Positions 10,036 through 19,465 of a DNA stretch of 56,161 bases are shown here, in pieces (the first letter of the stretch is position 1; each line of letters begins with the position of its first letter). The position numbers and the translations under genes are program-made. The notes under the pieces were generated by a model. That model saw nothing but the letters and a program-made list of their open reading frames with translations. It had not been told where the DNA came from and made no database searches. Origin of the DNA: Thermoplasmata archaeon (GTDB lineage: Archaea > Thermoplasmatota > Thermoplasmata > Lutacidiplasmatales > UBA184); contig JASHSP010000062.1 in NCBI GenBank assembly GCA_030038655.1, positions 1 through 56,161 on the forward strand. The letters are read 5' to 3'.

Positions 10036-11661
10036 ATGAAGTCCATCGAGGAAGTCGCGACGAGCATCGGGTTCCGGCCGAGCGAACTGACCCCGGCCGG
10101 ACGCGGAGCGATGAAGGTGCCGGTCGCCCTCGTCCGGTCCCTGACGACCGGTTCGCGGCGGGGCTGCCTGGTGCTGGTCAGCGCGATGACGGCCACCGAG
10201 CACGGCGAAGGCAAGACGGTCGTCTCGGTCGGACTCGCGATGGCCCTGGAGCGACTGGGGCACCGGACGGTCGTCTGCCTGCGGCAGCCTTCCCTCGGTC
10301 CGGTCTTCGGGTCGAAGGGCGGGGCGACCGGCGGCGGACGGTCGACGGTCGAGCCGCGGACGGTCATCGACCTCGGCCTCACCGGCGACCTGGACGCGAT
10401 CGCGAACGCCCAGAACCTGATGGCGGCGCTCATCGACCATCACCTGTTCCGCGGGAACGCGCTCGGTCTCGCGGCGGACGCCCCCGTCTTCCCTCGAGCG
10501 TCGTCCATCGAGGACCGCTCGCTGCGGGACATCACGACCGGGCTCTCGGCGCCCGCCCCGGGATTTCCCCGGAAGGGCCAGTTCGTCGTGACCGCCGCGA
10601 CCGAGATCGCGGCGATCCATGCCTTGGCCGCGGACTACGGGGACCTGACCCGGCGGCTGGGCCGGATCCTCGTCGCGAAGAACGGGGCCGGTGCCCCCGT
10701 GCGGGCGAGCGACCTCGCCGCGGAGGGGTCCGTGGCCGCAATGCTCGCCACAGCGCTCGCGCCCAACCTCGTCCAGACCGCGGAGGGGACCGCGGCCTTC
10801 GTTCACGGGATCCCGTATGCCAACGTCGCCCACGGGACCTGCAGCCTGCTGTCGATGCAGGCGGGGGTCGCGCTCGGCGAGTTTTGCGTCGTGGAGGCGG
10901 GATTCGCCACCGAGCTCGGGGCCGAGAAGTTCGTCGACATCGTATCCCGGCAGACCCACCTGGACGCGAACGTCGGGGTCGTGGTCGCGACCGTCCGCGC
11001 GCTGCGCTACCACGGCGGCGTGGCCGAGGACGCCGTCTCGGCGGAGGCGGTCGGGCGGGGCCTCGCGAACCTCGAGCAGCATCTCGAGAACATGCGGCGG
11101 ATCGGTCTCGAGCCGGTCGTGGCGCTCAACCGGTTCCCGTCGGACTCGGCGGAGGAGCTGGACCGCGTGGCGCGGTTCTGCTCGGCGCGGAACGTTCCGT
11201 GCGCCGTCACCACCGTCTTCCGGGACGGCGGCGCGGGCGCGGAGGGGCTGGCGCGGCTCGTCCTCGAAGCGGCGGCGAAGCGCACGACGAGCCACCCGGT
11301 CTACCCCCCGACCGCGTCCGTGGAGGAGATCCTCAACCAGGTGGTGACCCAGTTCTACGGCGGCGCCTCGGTCGAGCTCTCGCCGGAGGCGGCGGCCGAC
11401 CTCGAGTCGATCCGAGCGATGGGCGAGGCGACCGGGCCGGTCTGCATCGCGAAGACGCCCCGCTCGCTCTCGGACGACGCCAAGAAGATCGGCCGGCCGA
11501 CCGGGTTCACGGTCCGCGTCCGTCGGCTGACCCGGTGGTCCGGCGCGGGATTCACGGTCGCCATCGTGGGCTCGATCGTGACCCTGCCGGGGATGCCGGA
11601 GCATCCCGCCACGGAGACCATCCGCCTCGCCGAGGACGGCGAGGTGGTCGGGCTCCGATAG
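10036..11661 (+). CDS. fhs: Formate--tetrahydrofolate ligase (divergent)
   Basis: GEGKT, LRQPSLGPVFGSKGGATGGG, PNLVQT, PYANVAHG, EAGF..LGAEKF, VCIAKT; GGAGG Shine-Dalgarno before ATG 10036. Confidence 0.88.
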   Translation: MKSIEEVATSIGFRPSELTPAGRGAMKVPVALVRSLTTGSRRGCLVLVSAMTATEHGEGKTVVSVGLAMALERLGHRTVVCLRQPSLGPVFGSKGGATGGGRSTVEPRTVIDLGLTGDLDAIANAQNLMAALIDHHLFRGNALGLAADAPVFPRASSIEDRSLRDITTGLSAPAPGFPRKGQFVVTAATEIAAIHALAADYGDLTRRLGRILVAKNGAGAPVRASDLAAEGSVAAMLATALAPNLVQTAEGTAAFVHGIPYANVAHGTCSLLSMQAGVALGEFCVVEAGFATELGAEKFVDIVSRQTHLDANVGVVVATVRALRYHGGVAEDAVSAEAVGRGLANLEQHLENMRRIGLEPVVALNRFPSDSAEELDRVARFCSARNVPCAVTTVFRDGGAGAEGLARLVLEAAAKRTTSHPVYPPTASVEEILNQVVTQFYGGASVELSPEAAADLESIRAMGEATGPVCIAKTPRSLSDDAKKIGRPTGFTVRVRRLTRWSGAGFTVAIVGSIVTLPGMPEHPATETIRLAEDGEVVGLR

Positions 11662-11812
11662 GGACAGCGCGCCGGGGCCACCGTCCGCCGCCCCGCCCCC
11701 GGGCGCGACGGACGGGGGCCGCCCGAGGGGGCTAGGTATTAACCGACGTCCGGATCGACCGGACGAACGGAACCCGGTCGGCGAACGCGGATTGGGCGAA
11801 CCGCGAACACCG

Positions 11813-13120
11813 ATGACCGAACCCGAGCCACCCGCCTCCCGGCCGAAACCCCCCGCGACGACCTTCGACGACTTGCCGCTGGACCCAAGGCTCCGCCTCG
11901 GCGTCCGGGCCATGGGGTACACGACGCCCACCCCGATCCAGGACCGGACGATCCCCACCGCCGTCCTGGGCCGCGACCTCATCGGCACGGCCCAGACCGG
12001 TACGGGGAAGACCGCCGCCTTTCTTCTGCCGACCCTCGAGCGACTCCTCGAGCTGCCCCCCGGCCGGATCTACGCGCTCGTCCTGACGCCCACGCGCGAG
12101 CTCGCCCTCCAGGCATCCGAGTTCGTCCGCCAGCTGGGCCACCACACGCGGATCCGCGGGGCGGCGGTGTACGGCGGCGTCGGCATGCTCGAGCAGGAGC
12201 GCGCCCTGCGGGGCCGGGCCGAGATCGTGGTCGCGACCCCCGGCCGCCTGCTCGATCACATGGGCCGGGGGTACGTCGACTTCTCCGCGCTGCGGATCCT
12301 CGTGCTGGACGAAGGCGACCGGATGCTCGACATGGGATTCCTGCCCGACGTGCGACGAATCCTTCGCACGCTGCCGACCGATCGCCAGACGATGCTGTTC
12401 TCGGCCACCATGCCGCCCGAGGTCGTCCGCCTCGCGCACGACTACCTGCGCGACCCCAAGATGGTCCACGTCGACCCGACGACGGTGGCCGCGGTCGGGG
12501 TCTCGCATATCGCGCTGCCCGTCCCTGCGACGCGCAAGACCGACCTTCTGGTCGAGCTCCTCCGGGACGTGACGATGTCGAGCGTGCTCGTGTTCGTCCG
12601 CACCAAGCACCGCGCGGACCGCCTCGTCGATCAGCTCGTGCACCGGGGCTTCGATGCCGGTGTCCTCCACGGCGGGCGGAGCCAGAACCAGCGGGTGCGC
12701 GCGCTCGACGACTTCCGCCGGGGGACCCACCGGCTCCTCGTCGCGACCGACATCGCCGCCCGGGGACTGGACGTCGAGGGCGTGAGCCACGTCATTAACT
12801 ACGATGTGCCGCACGAAGCCGAGACGTACGTGCACCGGGTGGGCCGGACCGCCCGGGCCCAGCGCCAGGGTGACGCCCTGACGCTCGTCTCGCCGGAAGA
12901 GGAGCCCGACTTCGCGCGCATCGAGCGGATGCTCGGGAACAAGATCCCCCGGTCGCAGATCCCCGGCTTCGACCTCACGGCGCCCCCGTCCCCGACGGGG
13001 GGCCGCCCGTCCTTCCGTCCGCAAGGACGGTCGGACCGGGGCCGACCCCCGCGCCGGGGGCCTCCTCCCGGAGACCGCCGACGGGGCGGCCGGTACCCCC
13101 CTCGCCGTTCCCGGTGGTAG
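11813..13120 (+). CDS. DEAD-box RNA helicase (RhlE-like), DEGD variant
   Basis: Q motif PTPIQ, AQTGTGKT, PTRELA, TPGRL, DEGD, SAT, ARGLD, HRVGRTAR; Arg/Gly-rich tail. Confidence 0.95.
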   Translation: MTEPEPPASRPKPPATTFDDLPLDPRLRLGVRAMGYTTPTPIQDRTIPTAVLGRDLIGTAQTGTGKTAAFLLPTLERLLELPPGRIYALVLTPTRELALQASEFVRQLGHHTRIRGAAVYGGVGMLEQERALRGRAEIVVATPGRLLDHMGRGYVDFSALRILVLDEGDRMLDMGFLPDVRRILRTLPTDRQTMLFSATMPPEVVRLAHDYLRDPKMVHVDPTTVAAVGVSHIALPVPATRKTDLLVELLRDVTMSSVLVFVRTKHRADRLVDQLVHRGFDAGVLHGGRSQNQRVRALDDFRRGTHRLLVATDIAARGLDVEGVSHVINYDVPHEAETYVHRVGRTARAQRQGDALTLVSPEEEPDFARIERMLGNKIPRSQIPGFDLTAPPSPTGGRPSFRPQGRSDRGRPPRRGPPPGDRRRGGRYPPRRSRW

Positions 13121-13151
13121 CGCCGGTTCCCCGGTCCCGGTCGGGCCCGCC

Positions 13152-14354
13152 CTACGGGGAGGGCGGCTCGTCGCGACCCGGCCACGCGGCGCCGACGAAC
13201 GGGAGACCGCTTCCCGTGTTGTAGAGGAGGACCCGCTCTCCCGCGCGGAGCCGCTGCTCCCGCACCAGCGAGGGCAGCGCCGCATAGGTCGCCGCGCCCT
13301 CGGGGGAGGCGGAGATGCCGTGACGCCGGGCGAGCTCCCCGACCGCCCGGGCGATCTCGGAATCGCTCACCGTGACGCCCGTGCCCCCGGACCCGCGTAC
13401 GGCTTCGAGGACGCGCTCGGAGGCGAACGGGGCGGGCACGAGGAGCCCCGGAGCGATCGTGGACGGCGATTCCCACGGTTCCGCCCGCGGGCTTCCCTCC
13501 CGGAGGGCGCGCACGATCGGGGCGCAACCCGCCGGCTGGACGGCGACCAGACGTGGGGCCTTCTCGAGGAGGCCGAGCTGCCGGAGCTCCGAGAACGCCT
13601 TGTACATCCCCACGAGCCCCGTGCCACCGCCGGTCGGATAGACGATCGCGTCGGGCATCCGGTCCGGGCTCATCCGCTCGTAGATCTCGAGCCCCATCGT
13701 CTTCTTTCCCTCCACGCGGTACGGTTCCCGCATCGTCGACATGTCGAACGATCCCGATCCCTGCTCGGCCCGCCGGGCCTCGGCCCCCACCTCCCGCAGG
13801 GTGCCCGGGAGGAGCCGGACCTCCGCGCCGTAGCCGCGCGCCGCGGCCTTCATCGGCGCCGGTGTGTCTTCCGGAAGGTAGATCCGTACCCGCACACCGG
13901 CCCGCGCCCCGTACGCGGCGAGGGCCACGCCGGCGTTGCCGGCGCTCGGGACGTACAACCGCCGGAGCCCGATCTCGCGGGCGCGCGAGACCGCGACGGC
14001 CATCCCGCGGGCCTTGAACGACCCGGTCGGAAGGCCGCCGTCATCCTTCAGCAGGAGATCGATCCCCGCGAACTCGGCTCCGGCGCCCAGCGGGATCACC
14101 GGCGTGGTCGGTTCGCCGAGCGACGCGATCGATTCGGTGGCGGCGACGGGAAGGAGCTCCGCGTACTTCCACAGCGACGGCTCACGGCCCGAAAGGCCCC
14201 TCCGCCAGGCGTTCGGCTCCAGCCGGTCCAGGTCGTAGGTCGCGAGCAGCGCCTGACCGCACGTGGGGCACACGCCGGCGGGACCGGCCGGATCCGCTCG
14301 AGTGCAGCAGGCGCGGCATTCGAGGTCGGAAAGAAGCGACCCGGTGGCCGACAT
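13152..14354 (-). CDS. thrC: Threonine synthase
   Basis: N-terminal CxxC...CxxC, PTGSFKARG, SAGNAG, EGKKT, PTGGGTG, YNTGSG. Confidence 0.88.
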   Translation of the reverse strand: MSATGSLLSDLECRACCTRADPAGPAGVCPTCGQALLATYDLDRLEPNAWRRGLSGREPSLWKYAELLPVAATESIASLGEPTTPVIPLGAGAEFAGIDLLLKDDGGLPTGSFKARGMAVAVSRAREIGLRRLYVPSAGNAGVALAAYGARAGVRVRIYLPEDTPAPMKAAARGYGAEVRLLPGTLREVGAEARRAEQGSGSFDMSTMREPYRVEGKKTMGLEIYERMSPDRMPDAIVYPTGGGTGLVGMYKAFSELRQLGLLEKAPRLVAVQPAGCAPIVRALREGSPRAEPWESPSTIAPGLLVPAPFASERVLEAVRGSGGTGVTVSDSEIARAVGELARRHGISASPEGAATYAALPSLVREQRLRAGERVLLYNTGSGLPFVGAAWPGRDEPPSP

Positions 14355-14520
14355 CGCCCGCCGCGTCCACGGGTGCGCGGAGGATAAGGACCGCGGGAAC
14401 GTCCCCGCCGTTCTCCCGTTATATCGCCCCCTCCGCTCGGGCCGGCGGCGGGCGCCCGGGGACGGCACGGGAGAGCGGAACCTTGCAACTCGATCCTCCC
14501 CGGGGGACCGTCCGACCGTG

Positions 14521-15489
14521 ATGATTCTCGCCGCGCTCCTGGTCCTCGTCTCGTTCGGCTTCGCGTTCAGCATCGGCGCGCACTACACGGGGGCGTGCGT
14601 GGGGATGCCGTATGCCGCCGGGGCCCTCAAGCTCTGGCCCGCGCTCGTCCTGATGGCGCCCCTCGCGTTCCTCGGCGCCGTCCTCGCGAGCGGGGGCGTC
14701 GAGGCGACGGTCGGCCACGGGATCCTTCGTTCCCCGACGATCGCGCTCGGCGTCGCCCTCGGGATCGTGACGGCGGCCGTCGTCCTGACGAGCGCGTACA
14801 ACTTCCTCACGATCCCCACGTCGACCATCCAGATCCTCGTCTTCTCCGTCGTGGGGTCGGGGCTCGCCGCGGGGTTGGCGATCGACTGGACGACGATCGG
14901 CGCGCTCCTCGTCCTCTGGGCGGTCGCGCCGTTCGCGGCGTTCGGGCTGGGGTTCGCCTTCACCCGCCTCGCGGACCGGTGGTGGCGGCCGGCCCGCGGC
15001 GTCGCCGCCCGGGGGCTGGGGCCGTACGGGCGGCTGGGCCTGGTCGCGGTCGGAGGCGCCGCCTCGTTCGCGATGGGCGCCAACGACGTCTCGAACGCCT
15101 CCGGCGCGTTCGTGATGACGGGCCTGTTCGGTCTTCTGCTGGCCGCGACCGTCGGGGGCATCGGCCTCGCGCTCGGGGTCCTCACTTGGGGAAAGCCGAT
15201 CCTCCGGACGGTGGCGTTCGACATCGTCGACCTCGATCCGCGGACCGCGACGACCGCGCAGCTGGCCCAGTCCACGGTCATTCTCGCGTCGGTGGCATTC
15301 GGGCTCTTCACGTCGATGAACCAGGCGTTGATCGGGGGGATGATCGGAGCGGGGCTGGCGCGCAACCGGCGTACCATCGCCTGGAAGACGGTCCGCGGGA
15401 TCCTGGTCGGGTGGGCCGCCGGTCCGATCTCCGGCGCCGTGCTGGGGTTCGCGATCACGTACGGGTTGATCGCGACCCACGTCGCATGA
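14521..15489 (+). CDS. PiT family anion (phosphate/sulfate) permease
   Basis: C-terminal GANDVSNA signature, IPTSTIQ, multiple TM helices; N-terminal signature is degenerate (GAHYTGA). Confidence 0.8.
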   Translation: MILAALLVLVSFGFAFSIGAHYTGACVGMPYAAGALKLWPALVLMAPLAFLGAVLASGGVEATVGHGILRSPTIALGVALGIVTAAVVLTSAYNFLTIPTSTIQILVFSVVGSGLAAGLAIDWTTIGALLVLWAVAPFAAFGLGFAFTRLADRWWRPARGVAARGLGPYGRLGLVAVGGAASFAMGANDVSNASGAFVMTGLFGLLLAATVGGIGLALGVLTWGKPILRTVAFDIVDLDPRTATTAQLAQSTVILASVAFGLFTSMNQALIGGMIGAGLARNRRTIAWKTVRGILVGWAAGPISGAVLGFAITYGLIATHVA

Positions 15490-15581
15490 TTCGACCTCCC
15501 GCCGTCGGAGCCCGGGTCGGGGGCCGGTCCCCGCGAGTTACCCTTGCGCTACCGAGCACTTAAGTTTCCCACCTATATCGA

Positions 15582-15596
15582 ATTACCCGAGGTAAT
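15582..15596 (+). promoter_or_regulatory. Candidate operator ATTACC-N3-GGTAAT just upstream of pirin
   Basis: Perfect 6-bp AT-rich inverted repeat between TATA-like sequences and ATG 15601. Confidence 0.5.
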
Positions 15597-15600
15597 CACG

Positions 15601-16476
15601 ATGACCAATTCCGTGCGCTCGATAGTGCGCCGGTTCCCCGGCGTCCCGACCCTTGAGGGCGCGGGCGTTCGCCTGCGCCGCTCGTTCTCCAACAACGAAG
15701 TGCCGTTGTTCGACCCGTTCCTCCTGCTCGACCGGTTCGGGTCCGCCGATCCGGCCGACTACCTGGCCGGCTTTCCCTGGCATCCGCACCGCGGCATCGA
15801 GACGGTGACGTACGTACTGGAGGGCCGGGTCGAGCACGGCGACACTCTCGGGAACTCGGGTGTCATCGGCGCGGGGGACGTCCAGTGGATGAACTCCGGC
15901 AGCGGGATCATCCACCAGGAGATGCCCCAGCGCACGGAGAGCCCTCTCTCCGGTTTCCAGCTGTGGGTGAACCTGCCGGCCGCGGAGAAGATGTCCTCCC
16001 CCGCGTACCGGGGGCTCGGCGCGGCCGACCTGCCGGTCGTGCGGGCCGACACGGGCGCGGAGGTCCGGGTGGTCGCCGGGGTGCACGGCTCGGTCGAAGG
16101 CCCGGTGCGCGGGATCCCGGTCGACCCGTCCTACCTCGACGTGCGCCTGACACCGGAGGAGCTCTTCGAGAGCCCGGTGCCGTCGGGCTACACGGTGTTC
16201 GCCCACGCGATCGACGGCGCCGGTTCGGCGGACGGCGACGATATCCGACCGATCGCGCCCGGCGAGACCGTTCTGTTCGGAGCGGGCGGTCCGGTCCGGC
16301 TGCGTGCCGGGGACCGGGGGATGCGATTCCTCCTCGTGTCGGGACGCCCGCTGCACGAACCGGTCGCCTGGTACGGTCCGATCGTCATGAACACGCCGGC
16401 CCAGCTCACGGAGGCGGTGCGCGAACTCCGATCCGGTGCGTTCGTCAAGGACCCGCGGCCGGTCGTGGAGGAGTGA
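15601..16476 (+). CDS. Pirin family protein
   Basis: DPFLLLD, HPHRGIETVTY, GIIHQE, FQLWVNLP, GPIVMN. Confidence 0.95.
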   Translation: MTNSVRSIVRRFPGVPTLEGAGVRLRRSFSNNEVPLFDPFLLLDRFGSADPADYLAGFPWHPHRGIETVTYVLEGRVEHGDTLGNSGVIGAGDVQWMNSGSGIIHQEMPQRTESPLSGFQLWVNLPAAEKMSSPAYRGLGAADLPVVRADTGAEVRVVAGVHGSVEGPVRGIPVDPSYLDVRLTPEELFESPVPSGYTVFAHAIDGAGSADGDDIRPIAPGETVLFGAGGPVRLRAGDRGMRFLLVSGRPLHEPVAWYGPIVMNTPAQLTEAVRELRSGAFVKDPRPVVEE

Positions 16477-17512
16477 GGCCCCTCGTCCCCGCGGTGAGCT
16501 CGCACAGGGCCCTCCGCAGGACCTCCGCGGACCGCCGAAGCTCCGCGACGGACAGGCGCTCGCGGTCGGTATGGTCGAGACGGGCGTCGCCCGGCCCGTA
16601 GGCCGCCCCCGGTATGCGCCACGCCGGAATCACGAGGTTGAGGTCGGAGGTACCGGATTTTCGCCACAGCGTCGGGGCGCCGCCCTGGGCCCGGATCGCC
16701 CCGGTAAGGGCCATGACCACGGGGTTGCCCCGGAGGACCTCCACCGGTTCGAACCGGGCGAGCACCCGCACCGAGGGCCGCCCGGCGCCGGGCCGCAGCA
16801 TCGCCTCCACCTCCCGGCTCGATAGGCCGGGGGGGATCCGGGCGTCCACGGTGACGCGGGCCTCCTCCGGGTCCGACCCCGGCCGGCTCTCGAAGCCGAT
16901 CGTCTTGGCGGAGAGCGACCGGAACGGGCTTTCCCCCCGGTGGGACGCGACCCGGGCCCGTACGGAACCGACCCAGTCGACCGCGTCGTCCGCGGTCGTG
17001 GGCTGCGGCGACGCGTAGTGGGTCCGGTGCCCGCGAAACGTCGCCTCGAGACGGAGCTCGCCCTTGTAGCCGATCGTCACCCCCTGCCACCCGCTCGGCT
17101 CCCCGACGATCACCGCGTCCGGCCGGCGGCCGCCGAGGAGGTGCCGCGCCCCCCGGCTGTCGGTCTCCTCCCCCACCGCCGCGACGACCCGGAACGTTCC
17201 CGGGCCGACGAACCCCCGTCCGGCGAGGAGGGCGGCCGCGATCGCCCCCTTGGCGTCGACCACGCCGCGACCGTGGACCTGGCCGCGGACACGGCGAACC
17301 GGCCGGTCCCCCTCGACGGTGTCGATGTGACCCAGGAACATGATCTCGGGGCGCCCGCGACCGCGCCACGCGACCCCGTTGCCCGCCGCATCGACCCGGG
17401 TCGCGTACCCGAGGGCCCGGGCGATCCCGACGAACGTCGACACGACCCGTGACTCGCGGCCGGAAGGGCTGTAGACCCTCGCGAGCCGCTCGAGCAGGAC
17501 CCCTTCATCCAT
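16445..17512 (-). CDS. lysK: [LysW]-ornithine/lysine hydrolase (M20)
   Basis: LGHIDTV, GRGVVDAKG, VGEE, GEPS, YGPGD..LDHT. Confidence 0.9.
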   Translation of the reverse strand: MDEGVLLERLARVYSPSGRESRVVSTFVGIARALGYATRVDAAGNGVAWRGRGRPEIMFLGHIDTVEGDRPVRRVRGQVHGRGVVDAKGAIAAALLAGRGFVGPGTFRVVAAVGEETDSRGARHLLGGRRPDAVIVGEPSGWQGVTIGYKGELRLEATFRGHRTHYASPQPTTADDAVDWVGSVRARVASHRGESPFRSLSAKTIGFESRPGSDPEEARVTVDARIPPGLSSREVEAMLRPGAGRPSVRVLARFEPVEVLRGNPVVMALTGAIRAQGGAPTLWRKSGTSDLNLVIPAWRIPGAAYGPGDARLDHTDRERLSVAELRRSAEVLRRALCELTAGTRGLTPPRPAAGP

Positions 17513-18665
17513 GCGCGACCGCCTCCGCCACGGCCTCGATCCCCCGGGCCCAGTCCGCTTCGTCGATGACGAGCGGAGGGAGGAGGCGGAGCACCGTCGA
17601 CCCGGCGGGGATCGCGAGGAACCCACGGGCCTCGAGGGACGCGAGGACGGGCGCGACCTTCTCGCGCAGTTCGAGCCCGATCATCATCCCCAGCCCGCGC
17701 ACCTCCCGAACCCGCTCCGGCGGCAGCGACCGGAACCGGTCGAACGCCAGACGTCCCAGACGTTCCGCCCGCTCCGGGAGGTGCTCGCGGACGACGAAGT
17801 CGAGCGCGGCGATCCCGGCCGCGCACGCCAGCGGGTTGCCCCCGAACGTGGAGTGGTGGCTGCCGCGGAACCGCGACTCCACCTCGGCGGTGGTGACGGT
17901 CGCGCCGACCGGCATCCCGCCGGCGAGCGACTTCGACAGCGCGAGGAGGTCCGGAACGACCCCCCAGCGCTCGAACGCGAACAGCCGGCCGGTCCGGCCG
18001 AGACCGGTCTGGACCTCGTCGAACCCGAGCAACGCACCGGACCGGTCGGCGGCGGCCCGTGCCGCCCGCAGGTACGCCTCGTCGGCGACGTGGACCCCCC
18101 CTTCCCCCTGCACTGGCTCGAGCAGAAGGAGGGCGGTCCGGTCGTCGACCGCCTTCTCGAGCGCCCCGGCGTCGTTGAACGGTACGTGGGCGAACTCGGG
18201 AACGAGCGGTTCGAACGGCTCGCGGAGCTCCCTTCTCCACGTGGCGCTGAGGGCGCCCAGGGTCCGGCCGTGGAAGCCCCGCATTGCCGCGACGATCTTG
18301 GGCCGGCCGGTCGCCGACCGGGCGATCTTGATGGCGGCCTCGATCGACTCGGTCCCCGAGTTGGAAAGGAAGACCCGCCCGAACGAGGGGGGGAGCAGTC
18401 CGAGCAGCTTCTGAAGGAACTCGGTCCGGACAGGGCTCGCGTAGCCGGATCCGAGATGGATCAGGCGGGCGGCCTGTTCCTGGATCGCCCGGACCACCGG
18501 AGGAGGCGACGCCCCGAGATTGCCGACCCCGTGGGTCGCCCCGAGGTCCACGTAGCGTCGGCCCTCCGCGTCCCAGAGGCTCGCCCCCTCGCCGCGCACG
18601 ATCGTCGGGCGGGGCCGGCCGCCCTCCCCGAACTCCGGGCCCCCGACCGTCTCGCCGGCGTTCAC
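17505..18665 (-). CDS. lysJ: [LysW]-semialdehyde aminotransferase (class III, ArgD/LysJ)
   Basis: NSGTES, GFHGRT, EPVQGEGG, FDEVQTG, LSKSLAGG. GTG start overlaps the lysZ stop. Confidence 0.9.
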   Translation of the reverse strand: MNAGETVGGPEFGEGGRPRPTIVRGEGASLWDAEGRRYVDLGATHGVGNLGASPPPVVRAIQEQAARLIHLGSGYASPVRTEFLQKLLGLLPPSFGRVFLSNSGTESIEAAIKIARSATGRPKIVAAMRGFHGRTLGALSATWRRELREPFEPLVPEFAHVPFNDAGALEKAVDDRTALLLLEPVQGEGGVHVADEAYLRAARAAADRSGALLGFDEVQTGLGRTGRLFAFERWGVVPDLLALSKSLAGGMPVGATVTTAEVESRFRGSHHSTFGGNPLACAAGIAALDFVVREHLPERAERLGRLAFDRFRSLPPERVREVRGLGMMIGLELREKVAPVLASLEARGFLAIPAGSTVLRLLPPLVIDEADWARGIEAVAEAVAHG

Positions 18666-19456
18666 CCGATCACCGTGCCCCCGCCGGCGAGCGCCCGCTC
18701 GACCGGGCGGTCGACGCTCGACGGCCCGATGACGACGCGGGGGACCCCGGCGCGCACGGCGTCGCGGGCGGCCAGGAGCTTCTTCCGCATCCGGCCGGCC
18801 GCGAGGGGAAGGGCGGCGTCGACCTCGTCGGGGCGCAGTCGGGGGATCACCGTGGCCGGGTCGTCCTTGTCCCGGAGGAGCCCGGGCACGTTGGTGAGCA
18901 GCACGAGGGCGGACGCGCCGAGCGCCCCGGCGACCGCGGCGGCGACCCCGTCGGCGTCGACGTTGACGATCTCGCCGGTCGCAGTCATCGCCGGAGGACC
19001 CACGACCGGGACGAGGCCGGCGGCCAGCAACGATCGGAGGAGCGGAACGTGGACCCGTTCCACGGTACCGGAAAGGTCGTCGGCGAGGTGGACGACCCGA
19101 CCGTCCATCACCGCGCGGGCGCCCGACTTGCGGCGCGCGACGAGGAGCCCGCCGTCGACGCCGGAAAGGCCCAGCGCGCGGACCCCCCGTCGCATCAGGG
19201 CCGCCACGAGGTCCGTTTGGACCTTCCCGGCGAGCGCCAGGACGACCACCTCGAGGTGCGCCGCGTCGCTGCGTCGCGAGACGACCCCGCTGGGGCTCGT
19301 GTAGTACTGGGGCGGCTGGCCGAGGGCCGTCGCCAGCCGGTCGACGGCGTCCGACCCGCCGTGCACGAGCACGTAGTCGGAGCGGGCGGCCAGGTCCGCG
19401 AGGACGGGGTCGGACGCGTTCCCGCTCGCGCCGCCCACCTTCACGACGATCGTCAC
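18662..19456 (-). CDS. lysZ: [LysW]-glutamate/aminoadipate kinase
   Basis: VVKVGG, LVHGGS, YTSPSGVVSR, NVDAD, MRKK. Confidence 0.9.
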   Translation of the reverse strand: MTIVVKVGGASGNASDPVLADLAARSDYVLVHGGSDAVDRLATALGQPPQYYTSPSGVVSRRSDAAHLEVVVLALAGKVQTDLVAALMRRGVRALGLSGVDGGLLVARRKSGARAVMDGRVVHLADDLSGTVERVHVPLLRSLLAAGLVPVVGPPAMTATGEIVNVDADGVAAAVAGALGASALVLLTNVPGLLRDKDDPATVIPRLRPDEVDAALPLAAGRMRKKLLAARDAVRAGVPRVVIGPSSVDRPVERALAGGGTVIG

Positions 19457-19465
19457 GCCGGGCTC

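Noticed and set aside
12300-12325. DEGD instead of DEAD as a sign of an inactive helicase
   Set aside because: The catalytic D-E and last D are kept, and all other motifs are intact.
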